This document shows positions 22,543-35,600 of a stretch of DNA of 64,000 bases, one piece after another. Position numbers and translations under genes: made by a program. Source of the stretch: Octopus bimaculoides (Eukaryota); contig NC_068999.1 of NCBI RefSeq assembly GCF_001194135.2, positions 47,947,063-48,011,062 on the forward strand, read 5' to 3'. The notes under the pieces are model-generated. The model saw nothing but the letters and a program-made list of their open reading frames with translations. It was not told where the DNA came from and searched no databases. Numbering within the stretch: the stretch's first letter is position 1; each line of letters starts with the position of its first letter.

Positions 22543-25500
22543 TCACATATACGATGGGCTTCTTCTAGTTTCCATTTACCAAATCCACTCACAAGGCTTT
22601 GGTCAGCTCGAGGTTATAGTGGAAGACACTTGCCCAAGGTGCCAAACAATAGGACTGAACCCGGGACCATGTGGTTGGGAAGCAAGCTTCTTACCACATA
22701 GCCACTCCTGATGATAATATTTTATCTTTTTCTGATGTCATAACTTGCCTCAAGATCCTGTGCACCCACAAATGAAACACAAAGTAGCAAGAGACTAGAC
22801 GTAAGCAAAACAAAAGACAAACACACACACGCACACATTCACATAATACAAAAATGCATGTATGTATAACAGAGATCCTTTTGTCTATTTAGAAATGCAT
22901 AATCTTCTCTTTATATTTTTAAGGAAACTGAAAGTTATGATGAAAAACCAGATCAATATTGGTCAAAACAGAAAAAGCAATGCATGCGACAGAGAAGATA
23001 TACACATTTAACAAATAAAACACATGGTAAATTGTACTTAAATATTATATTTTTGACCAGATATAATGATTTTGTTACTAAATGTTCTTAAAACTTCTTT
23101 CTTTTTATTCATTTTGGAATGTGCAACATTATCAGAGATAATGTGATAATATAGGTGCTTTTATACCCATGCTGGTGCCATGTAAAAAATACCCACTACA
23201 CTCTTGGAGTGGTTGGCATTAGGAAGGGCATCCAGCTGAAGAAACTATGCCAAATCAGATTGGAATCTGGTGGAGTCCCCCAGCTTACCAGTTTTCAGTC
23301 AAACCATCCAACCCATGCCAGCACTGGAAAAAGGGATGTTAATTGATGACGACAATGACGATGACGCAGAAAATTGAAAGTGTACTTAGAGAAAAAAATA
23401 TACCTTTTTGTAAATGTATGTCAACATGATAGAGGCACAAAGAAAATAACTAGAAAATTGTCTCATTTTTTTTTACTTCTTTCACTCATTAGACTGCAGC
23501 CATGCTGGGTCATTACCTTCAAAAGTTTTAGTCAAATAAATCGGCCCCTGTTCTAATATATTTCTTAAGCCTGGTACTTGTTCTGTTGTTCTCTTTTGCT
23601 GAACTGCTTAGTTACCAGGACATAAACAGGTGTATAGGCACAAAAACAGTCATAAAGACCTACACAAACACTTATATACAACAGGCTTCTTTTAGTTTCC
23701 ATCTACCAAATCCACTCACAAGTCTCCATGAGCCCTAGGCTTTGTGCTAGGAAAATAAGAGGTAGAGAGGAGTGGGGTTTGAGAGAACGGACCAGAAGGG
23801 AACAGGTTTCGTGCCATGGAGGAGTCACATGATTGCTCACATTTTAGAAAAGAGGGTTGGAAGATGAAGCTGGAAAGTGATATAAATGGAAATGAGGTAC
23901 CAGAGTGAACCTTTAAGGTACAAAGGTGGATAGGAATGAGTGGATCTGGAGTGCCATGTATGGGTTGGTGAAGTAGCGGATGTCAGCAGAGTAGAAAGAA
24001 TGATACAATAAACAGTAGGATGGAAAAGAGATGACATGCTGGTGGAGAGGTTGCAGGTATGGATGGGGAAACAAGAGAGGCTGGCACAGTGTATAAAGAA
24101 CACCAACTGGACAGAGATCTTTGTACATTATTGATATCATAGTTTTGTAGTATATCCTTATATCATTTATTATATTATTGGATTATGTCTTTGCAGATCA
24201 AATAAAAGAAGGTGAATGTAACCTTCAGCTGATCCTTCAAACAATGAAAGAAGATAACTCCAATAGCTTTATATATCTAAGTCCAGCAGTTCCAAAATCA
24301 TCTGTTTTTTATCATTACTACAATCTCAAGTAGGTACAAAACTCTTTTCCTCAAACTGAGATTTATAGTCGATTACTTGACACCGCTAGCATATCGTTAA
24401 TACAAACATATATTACAAGAGTGGAGGGTCAAATGTTAAAGCTAATTAACCCATTACCTACCAGTGATCTCATATGAGATCACTTAGAAATTACAAATTT
24501 CGTAATTATTTGTCAATATTTACAAATATCTAACCTTTTTGCTATTTCTACTAGATATATTTCTCTGATATTCAAATGAGGTTTGCTAATTTTTCACCTA
24601 ATATCTCGCTTATTTCTATTTAAAATGTTATTTTGATCATTCCAGTNNNNNNNNNNAATATCTCGCTTATTTCTATTTAAAATGTTATTTTGATCATTCC
24701 AGTGTGTTTCTAAGGCTGTTTTATGCTAGAAATCAAAGTTTCATAAAAAAAATTCCGGTTAATAGAATTATGGGAGGTAATGGGTTAAGCAAACATTTCC
24801 ATTGAGAAGTGGAAATGTCTACACATTTACCAACCAAATTATTATCATCACTTAACGTCCATTTTCCACCAACTCTTTTTCTGCTTTTTCATACTTGCAT
24901 GGCTCGGGCATAGGTTGATTATAGTCAATAGCAATATCTAATGTTTCTTGATCCTTATCCTCTCTACAAAACAATTTTACACATAACAATGTTTTATTTT
25001 AATTTAACCTCTTAGAAATTCCCTAATGAATGTTTTGAATTATATTTCAGTATTCTGAACTATGATTCATATAGTAAGCATTGCTTAATATTATTAAACA
25101 TTTTTTTTTAGTCTCTAATATCTAACCTTCTTTTTTGAGTTCAAATTCCACCAAGGCCGACTTTACCTTTCATCCTTTTAGGGTCCATAAAATAAGTACC
25201 AGTTGAAGACTGGGGTTGATGTAATCGATTTATCCCCTCCTTTGAAATTGCTGGCCTTGTGCCAAAATCGGAAATCAATATTACTTAACATTTAAAAAAA
25301 TATAACTTTTATTACATTATGATTGAATTTATATATTTTTTTTACTTGGTATAAGAATAAACACTATCACCTGTCCAACAGTAGTGGTCCTACTGAATTA
25401 GAAGATTGAACCTTGAGAGCCAAGAAAATGTGTGTGTGTGTGTGCATGCAAAAGTATGGCAGCTGATTGAAAATATAGTGTGAAAAATATCAATTTATTT

Positions 25501-27436
25501 AGCTCCATCAGTCGTCTCTACTGTATTTTCTGTTTTAAATACAAAATATTTCCTGGTTTGTGTATGAATGTATTTTCAAATTTTCAATAAATACTTTTCT
25601 TAGTTTTCTTTTTATAATTCTTCTAGAGTGGTAAATTTTGAAAACATCAATAAACATGACTACTGCACAATAAGTGCTGCAGGGGTGATGCGGTATTGTT
25701 CTGGACACGAGACAGAGTTCTTATACCTTGATGTCTGGGAACAAGAATATCGATATTTTATGCTGGTTAAAAAGGTAGGAATGAAACCTTTACAATAATA
25801 TTTTTCATACAACTACTTATTGTAAACATTCATCCATCTTTCTTCTCTGGTCACTACTCTGGGGACTCTCTAAACAAAGAAATGAGATCATGTCATGCTG
25901 CAAACACCAAAATGTAAATTTTGCCTGTCCCGTTGTATTTACATTAAGTATGATACATAAATGCCTTTTATACAATATATATATATATATATAGATAACA
26001 TGATATAATATGATATAGTATAATATAACATAATATATATATTTTCACATACATACACTTATACAAACCATTTCTTTAATTAATAAACAACATTGACATC
26101 AGTTTTAAACTACATTTTTTCTCCTAGGGAGTCTTTATATATTTATATATTTTGTAATCCAGATCCCAATTTTTGAAAATTTCCGAAAATGGAAAGCTTT
26201 CAGACGATGGAAAGTTAATGTTTCCTTTGATAAATTCCAAAAATGCAGAAAATTCCTGAGAGAAAACTTGTTTATTGTAAATGAGGTAAGAAATTAATCT
26301 TTTTATCTTTTATTTGTCTTTAGTCATTAGGGCATGTTAACTCTCTAAAACTCTGTCTGGTATACGTCAGTACCATTTCTAGTCTACCTTACAACTACAC
26401 TGATTTGATAAACACCATTACAGTAGTAAACACACTTTATCATGATCCCTCTTATAGCAGTCCCTGAGCAAGAATTTTACAGGGGTCACAGTCTCCACGT
26501 CTTCTCTACATAACCTATAACCTATATTTGTCTGATTCTGTATGACTGTATACATACTTTATACATGGTTGTATTAAGGGCTTGGTTCTGGGTTACAAGT
26601 ACTAAATTCCCAGTTTCTCATTTAAGGTTGTCTTTTCTAAACCAATCCTATGGCTATTCAGCTTTCGTGGGGAGTTGCATCTCTTCCAAATTGATCATGC
26701 AACGACATACTTTTGTATTTACTTTGTTTTTCTGCAATGATTCTCTCCTCGCAGATATATTAGCTCTCAATAATTTCTTTAACTTTGATGTAATAACTTA
26801 TATGATTATCTCTTATTCATTAACTATTTTTATAAATAAAATAGCCATCTATTTATCATACTTAATGTATATACACTGCCAATAGGCCAGTTACTGCAGT
26901 ACTTGTCCTGATATAACATCCCTTATGAATTTGCTGTGTTAAAAATGAGGTGAAAATCTCATTTCTCATTGCATCTTAAACATAGTGTGTCCATAAGTGA
27001 TGTTATCTCAGGAAAATACCACAGTAACTGGCCTATTGATAGTGTGTGTACATTAGGTATGATACTTAGATGGCTATTTTAAATTAAATACTGCTTCAAG
27101 TGCCTATACTAGTTTTTTATAAATCTTTTAAATCATAGTCTCTTTGCCCGGCTCTTCTGAACGTTCAAGAAATGTGTCACCGTATTAGTGAGATGAGTTT
27201 ATGTAAGATTGAACAAAATCACACTTGTTCACTAAAGGAGTTTAAAAAAGTCCAGTTGAATCAGTTACAAGAGGTAAGTATTCACCATCATTCATTCCCA
27301 ACATCATAATCCTTATCATCCTTATTGATACTATTTTCATGTTTACTGTTTGTTATTTTGCCCAGATTAACATTGATTGGGGAGACCTATGATTAAATGT
27401 GTTATGGCCATAATCACCTCACTTTTATTTATATAT

Positions 27437-27477
<41 letters not shown>

Positions 27478-27853
27478 NNNNNNNNNNNNNNNNNNNNNNN
27501 NNNNNNNNNNNNNNNNNNNNNNNNNNNNNNNNNNNNNNNNNNNNNNNNNNNNNNNNNNNNNNNNNNNNNNNNNNNNNNNNNNNNNNNNNNNNNNNNNNNN
27601 NNNNNNNNNNNNNNNNNNNNNNNNNNNNNNNNNNNNNNNNNNNNNNNNNNNNNNNNNNNNNNNNNNNNNNNNNNNNNNNNNNNNNNNNNNNNNNNNNNNN
27701 NNNNNNNNNNNNNNNNNNNNNNNNNNNNNNNNNNNNNNNNNNNNNNNNNNNNNNNNNNNNNNNNNNNNNNNNNNNNNNNNNNNNNNNNNNNNNNNNNNNN
27801 NNNNNNNNNNNNNNNNNNNNNNNNNNNNNNNNNNNNNNNNNNNNNNNNNNNNN

Positions 27854-27890
<37 letters not shown>

Positions 27891-30800
27891 AACTCCAGTC
27901 AAACCCTCTAACTCATGCCAGCATGGAAAACGGATGTTAAATGATAGTGTCAAAATATATACAAACCGTTTATTAAAACAGATATAAGTTAATAAATATT
28001 ATTAAATCTTTCTTCATGTTATGTCATTTATTGAATTAAGTCATGTCTTGGAACCAATTATCAGTATAAACCAAGGTATACTTGTACATCAAAATGCATA
28101 ATTTTTTGAGTGTAGAATGAGTGAATTTATGAAAACTTATCACAATACATTAGTCACATGCCAGTTAATATGTAAGTAACAAAATCCAGTTATTCTACAT
28201 CAGCAATGATACATTTCTGTTTTAATCTAATGATTCAGTCATTAAAACTTTGGCACTGAATTAGGTACCCTAAACATTTTGTTCAGCCTGTTCCTAATTA
28301 CCATTGTAAATAAGAATTACTTCCAAAATTTACTGACTAAAAGATATGAATTATAAAAGCCATGTAGTAGAATACTATTTAAATATGTTTTAAATCACAA
28401 ATTTCCATGTGATAACATTCTTTTAGGTGTTGCAAATTTGTAATTTCTGTAAATATAATGTCTTGAATTTTTTTTTTTTCAGGTTTCTGTGAAATTGAAA
28501 ACTTTCCGAGATCTTGTGAAAGAGGTTGTTCGAACTGCTTGCCGTACTGCTCTTTTGGAAGCAGGTTTCACTCCAGATGATTATTATTTTGATAATGGAG
28601 AGAATAATATAGGTAAAAATTGATAATTTCAAAGAATAATTCACATAGTAATTTTTTTTCTATTCTAGTCACAAGGATTGGCATTTTGGAGAAGGGTGGG
28701 GAGGGTCTAGTTGATTACCCCACCCCTAGTACTCAACTGGTACCTATTTTTATTGGCCTGAATTATAGAGGTGAATAACTAAAACAATACAATTAGAAAT
28801 ATTTCTCCCTTGACAAATTTTATTAAGGGCATCCAGCTGTAGAAACTCTGCCAAATTTAGATTGGAGCCTGGTGTTGCCATCCGGTTTCACCAGTCCTCA
28901 GTCAAATCGTCCAACCCATGCTAGCATGGAAAGCGGACGTTAAACGATGATGATGATGATGATGATGATATTTTATTTTGTTTCCAAAACCCAGGTGAAG
29001 GTCACCATTATGATTCACAGGGCTATGATTATGATATTTTTGATGAAGCACCTGAAAAAATGACCTATACAGAACAAGCAAACAAGCGCAGTCATTGCAA
29101 AAGACTCACATGGTAAATCTATTTCTTAACATCAGATTGAAGCATATATGAGGTTGTGTGTTAAGACGCTAGACTATTATTCCTTTCCCAAAGAATTTAG
29201 TGTGCAATGAATACAAGTATAGTAGAAAGTGGGTTATACATCTTTAGATGTATACCTGACTTTCTTACTATAATATTATAGAATATAAACGGAACGCTGA
29301 ACTCCAGACTATCAACTTAAACAACATTTATTCAGGTGGTAAATATGTACATCTTTAGTTTCTTGTTGTTACAGCTTCTGTGTGTATGAGCATAGTTGTT
29401 GGGACGTTGTTCTGTAGTTGTAAGCGAGCTGTCGAGCGTAAGTCCGAAAGATGTAGAGAGACAGCTTAGCATGTCCATTGCTCATGGTCGGCTGACCGTA
29501 AAAGAGAAAGATTAAAGCGGGAACGCTTGCTTGTTTAATTCCAAGCGTGCGTGAGACTACGCATGCGCACGGCGTTACTACACAAACAACTGAACTGAGA
29601 ATGAAAACCAATTTAAAAACCTTAACCATCAAGAAAGTAGCAGTGTTTGGCAGTTCCTGGTTTATAACATAAATTAACTGTAAGTCATAACGGTATGAGT
29701 GGAGGCGCTATGGCCCAGTGGTTAGGGCAGCGGACTCGCGGTCGTAGGATTGCGGTTTCGATTCCCAGACCAGGTGTTGTGTGTGTTTATTGAGCAAAAA
29801 ACACCTAAAGCTCCACGAGGCTCCGGCAGGGGGTGGTGGCGACTCTGGTTGTACTCTTTCGCCCCGACTTTCTCTCACTCTTTCTTCCTGTTTCTTGAGT
29901 AAAAAGCTGCAATGGACTAGCATCCTGTCCAGCTAGTGGGGAACACATATGCCATGGAAACCGGGAAACCGGCCCTATGCTCCACAAGGGGATAAGAGAA
30001 TTTCCATACCATTCCATAATGGTATGAATCATAGCATTAAACTTCACTATTTGATTCGAAATGCTTGACTGTAGTCTCTGATTGTACAGAAGGAAGATCT
30101 TCTCGTTGAGTTTCAATGCTATTTCAGTCATTATGATTTCAGAAATATGTTTTCTAATCTATACTCCTCAACTTTGTGGTTTGAAAGCACAAAATGAAAT
30201 TGTTCTTACCTCGAGTTGCAATTGGGGTCAACCAGTCAAATCATTCAGTTGTAATCATGGGTCAACTCAGCTGATTCCTAATCAGCTGAGTTGACCTGCC
30301 CCATGACCCTTAGCAACACATGACCTTCCTCGCCACAGACCCCCATAAAAAAGAAGCTGTCTTCAACCTTTTACTCGCCGACATGATGTCATCTCATCCC
30401 CCTTCCAGCCCCTTCATGACTTCGCTCCCTCTCCATTTCTGGTCACTTATCCTTCCACCACAAACTTAAAAACATTTGAAACATTGATTGCAAGTTTGAC
30501 ATTAAATCAATGAAATTTTCAGTTTATTTTTATGTTTTGTTTTTTTCTATTTTATTGGAACAAGCTAAGATTTGTTTGGAAGATAGCTGATGAGGATTTC
30601 TCTAAAATCAAAAATGAAATAAAACAATTAAGTCATTGTAATTTATTTTCAGTTTCATTCGATTAGCTGATTATTTGGTTGTCAACACCATGCATACTTT
30701 AGCAGTGAATTCAGTGTCAACCCTATTGAATAATTTTATGGAACAAATTCAAAATACACCCTCAGAAGAAAGCAACAACTCAGATGAAAATAATGAAAAT

Positions 30801-32548
30801 AATGAAACATCAGCTAAGGTAAAAAGAGAAAAAAGAGAGAGAGGGAGAGGAAATTTTTTATGTTTTTAATATGTACTTTTTATGAATGATTTCAAGGTAA
30901 TTTGTAAAGTCTCTCCCATGGAATGCTACAATGGAACTCAGATTTAATTCACTGAAAAAAAAAGATCATTGTCATCATCATCATCATCATTATCATCATC
31001 ATTTAACATCCATTTCCCATACTGGCATGAGCTGGATGACTTGACAGGAGTCAGCAAGGCCAAGGGCCACACCAGGTTCCATAGTCTATTTGGTTTCTAC
31101 ATCTAGATATCCTTCTTAATGCCAACCACTTTACGGAGTGTACTTGGTGCTTTTTACATAACACCAACACCAGTGCTTTTTACATGTTTTATGTGCAACC
31201 ATTATACCATTGTTTTAGAATATATGGTTAAAAGAAACACTTAACTGATTACAAAATTAGAGTGCTGGTGCAAAAGAAAACTTGACGCAAAAAAGGTTTG
31301 GTAGACAGTCTTAAACAACCTTTGTAAATGGCCCGGGTGAAGCTGACCACAGGTGCAGATCTCGGTGGTAAATCTCGGTGGTAACAGCAAACCTTTGTAA
31401 ATAATCTTTGTCAAGTAATGGTATATTAAATTTAATGTTGCTTCTTTATTTCGTAGGTGTCATTTTTCTTCTGTTTATGCAACATTGAAGGCAAATATGA
31501 ACTAAGTCTCTCCTCTATGACTGTTAAGGGAATTTGTGTATTTCTTAAATAAACATTTTGTAAGTTAGTAAGGGTGAGGAACATGCTTAAGAGATAATTA
31601 TTTAAAGGAAACACTATTGTTAAAGACTAAAATTGCTATTTTACACCTGTAAATTTTTTTTGACATTACCTTTGTCTCTTTTTTTTTAATGCAGTTAGTT
31701 TATTTGAGTATAATGTGTTTTCTGCTAATATTTATATGAATAACAAAGCAGTGAGCTGGCAGAACCATTGGCACGCTGGACAAAATACTTTGCTTTTCGC
31801 CCTTTCAGGGTCGATAAAATAAGTACTAGTTGAACACTGGAGTCAACTTACCCCTGCCCCCAAAAATGCTGACCTTGTTCCAAAATTTGAAATCAATATT
31901 TATATGAATAACACTATTTTACATCAGTTGACAGATGAAACCCTAAGAAAACCAACTGTTTTATCACAATTCATACCAGAAGAAGATTCCAAAAGATTGA
32001 TTCCATTATTTCTAACAGAACTTGTGCTTGAAAGAAATCAACTCTACTTTGATCCTGACGTTAACAGTTTCCAAAGTAATATTCAGGAAGTCATTCGCCA
32101 TTTTCAAGATACTGTTCTTGGAGTTCCAAATTTAATACCTGATAATTATTTTGATGCTTTCACACAGTAAGTATCCACCCATTCATCCACCCATCTTCTC
32201 CACCCATTATTCCTGGGAGAGTTGCTGGGGTAGAGTTCTCGGGTACTTCCTCTATAGGATCCTATCTGGAGCAACCATCATTAGACTTCATTCCCAAGTT
32301 TGACCAACTGAATCTATGGATATTCTCCAACCACATTGGAGAAAATGCTTAGCAGAATTTATTCCAGTTCTTTATATTTTGAGTGCATATTCTACCAAGG
32401 GTGATTTTGCCTTTCATTCCTTCATGGTTCATAAAATAAGTACCAGCTGAACACTGGGGTTGATGTAATCAACTAGCACCTCTCCAAGCAAAATTTCAAG
32501 CTTTTTTCTTTTAGTAGAACCTGCTGGCCTTGTGCCAAAATTTGAAAC

Positions 32549-32600
<52 letters not shown>

Positions 32601-32605
32601 GTTAA

Positions 32606-32642
<37 letters not shown>

Positions 32643-35600
32643 GTTATTATTATTATTATTATATGAAATTAAATTTTGAAAGTTAATTTTATTTTATTTT
32701 GCAATATTTTTTTCAGGCCAATTATAAATGGAAAATTTGAAGAGAAAACTTGTGGAGAAGGTCCCAGTTTATCAACGATGTTTGAGGAAGATAAATACTT
32801 ACATCAACTTGTAATTAATATTCAGGTACATAACAAAATAGTTCCTATAATAGTGGATAATTATTTTCAGTCAATTCATTATTCTTGGTTGAAGTCTGAT
32901 AGCTTCCTTTCTTGCTTAGAGTCTTCTGTCCAAAGAGGTTTTTAAACCAATATTTACACATCATCATCATCATCATCATCATCATCTTTTTACGTTCATT
33001 TTCCATGTTGGTATGGGTTAGATGGTTTGACTGGAACTGACAAGGCCAGGCCTGCACCAGGTCCCATAGTCTGTTTTGATTTGGTTTCTACCAGCTGGAT
33101 GCCCTTCCAATGACAACCACTTTACAAATTGTATTGAGTGCTTTTTACATGACACCATCATCAGTGCTTTTTATGTGGCACCATCACCAGTGCTAAAGCT
33201 TTATTTGCTTCAATATCCACCGTTCCAAAAAAAGAATTATTTTATTTTCTCTTTAAGTTTATAAATTCTTAAGTCATCTGCAACATACAATTCTTGTTGG
33301 TAAGAATAAATTTGAAGGAAAACTTTGGTCCAGTGATAGAACATCTTTCATGCCTACAGATGTGGGTTCAAGTTCCATGAGTAGCCTTTCACTTTTTCTA
33401 TTGAAAGGGTTTTTTTTTTTAACCCAATATTTACACACTATTAAGGCGGCGACCTGGCAGAAATGTCAGCACACCAGGCGAAATGCTTAGTGGTATTTCG
33501 TTTGTCTTTATGTTCTGAGTTCAAATTCTACCAAGGTCGACTTTGCCTTTTATCCTTTCAGAGGTCAATAAATTAAGTACCAGTTGCATACTGGGGTTGA
33601 TCTAATCGACTGGCTCCACCTCCCCCAAAATTTCGGGGCTTGTGCCTAGAGTAGAAAAGAATATTTACACACTATTCTTTATAGCTTTACCTGCTTTGAA
33701 TACTAGTTTGAAATATGGATTATTTTATGTCAACATTTGCATAAAATTTTAATTTGTATTTGCAATGTTATGATTTTTTCTTCTTTTAGGACACTTTAAC
33801 ATTTGCTTTTAACGCTGCTAACCAATATAGCAATGACTTTACTCCTTTTCTGCAATTTTACCAAGAAAATGAAAAATTTGATTCTGATAAACTTCAAGAA
33901 GAAAGTGATTGTAAGTTTCTTCAAACATTAATACATTTTTAGTTTTCCTAGTTAAGTAATGGCAAAACAAAAGTGATTTTTCTGTTACTTTAATTTGTAA
34001 ATCTAATTTTAAGGAGCAAATGTTCTCTGCTTTTATTCTGAAAAAAATCTGTTAAGAAAGATAAATGAGACAGCAATCACAAAATTATTATTTAATGATT
34101 GTAGTATTTATATGTGTAATCATTAGCATGCTGGGCGAGATGCTTAGCGGCATTTTGCCTGTCTCTACATTTTTTAGTTCAAATTTTACTGAGGTTGACT
34201 TTGCTTGTCATCCTTTCAAAATCAATAAAATAAGTACCAGTTGAGCACTGGGGTCGATTTAATCAGTTTTACCCTCTCCTGCAAAAAAATCTGCTGGCTT
34301 TGACCCAAAATTTGAAACCAATATTTATGTGTGTGAAGGTGGTGAGCTGGCACAAATGTTAACATGCCAAGCGAAATGCTTAGCGGTATTTCGTCTGGCA
34401 TTAAAACGGTGGTGGTGGTGGTGATGGTGGTGGTGGCGATAATGTTGGTGGTGGTAATGGGGGGGGGGTTAATGGTGGTGGGTGAGTGTGGAGGAGGAGA
34501 ATGAGGAGGATGATTCTTAATAACATTGTATCAAGAATCCTCCTTTGCAAACTGCTTTGAAGAAATATATTACACTAAATATTGCGTTTATGTATTTGCT
34601 TTGCAAGATTCTTGATGTGAGATTGTGTGTTGAAACAGATATTGTTATACTTGGAGATGGTCATCTTTTGCCAATTAAACACACACATACTATATATTTG
34701 GCCTTCACTTCAGTTTTATTAGCATTACATTTTCTGTAATTCATTTGTCTGTCAAAGGTCTTTCATCACACATTCTGTGACCTCTTCAGTAGCTCTTTGT
34801 CCCATGTGTCTCCTCTTGTCCTGCCTATTCCATTTTGTTCTTCAAATAAATAGTGCCTGTGTTTCATTGTTTAGAGATGACCCTCCCCAAGTACAACAAT
34901 ATTATTAAATATGATTTGTATGAATCTTTCAGTTTTGTCCTATTCTAGTATAAATATAACAGTGATCAATATGAATTGTTATTTATTTCTTTGTCTGGAT
35001 TAGTGGATGTCCAGTTCTTTTCAGAATCCCTAAAGCATTACCATATGCAACATAAAATGGCAGGAAACATTCAGAAACAGCGTCAGCTTGGTTTACTTTT
35101 AATTGATGCAACTAAGATGAAACAGCTTTTCATTCCTTCTCCAATACGCTGTTTAAATGTAAGCTATATTGTATTTTTTTTTTTTTTTTTTTTTTNNNNN
35201 NNNNNNNNNNNNNNNNNNNNNNNNNNNNNNNNNNNNNNNNNNNNNTTTTTTTTAGAGTGGTGAGCTGGTAGAACCATTAGCATGCTGGGAAAACTGTTTA
35301 GCATTATTTTGTTCATCTTCACATTCTGAGTTCAAATTCTACAGGAGTTGACTTTATCTTTTATCCTTTTGGGGTCGATAAAATAAGTACCAGTTGAACA
35401 CTGGAGTTGATGTAATCAACTTAAAACTCCCCCAAAACTGTTGGCCAGGGAGATTCAACATGACACATAGTGTGACAAGGCTGGACATTTGAAATACAGG
35501 TATTACTCATTTTTGCCAGCTGAGTGGACTGGAGCAATGAGAAATAAAGTGACTTGCTCAAGGTCACAACATGCCACCAGGAATCAAACTCTCAAACTCA

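Noticed and set aside
24600-24703. 47-bp exact direct repeat
   Set aside because: The two copies sit on either side of a 10-N gap, the signature of an unmerged contig overlap.
29274-29669. CpG-rich ~400-bp segment that might be a solo LTR (ends TATAACA, minus-strand AATAAA)
   Set aside because: The left terminus is not TG and I could not find a matching TSD; left uncalled.
29701-29775. tRNA-like sequence
   Set aside because: It has A and B boxes but no proper acceptor stem and continues into a SINE body; it is a SINE head, not a tRNA gene.
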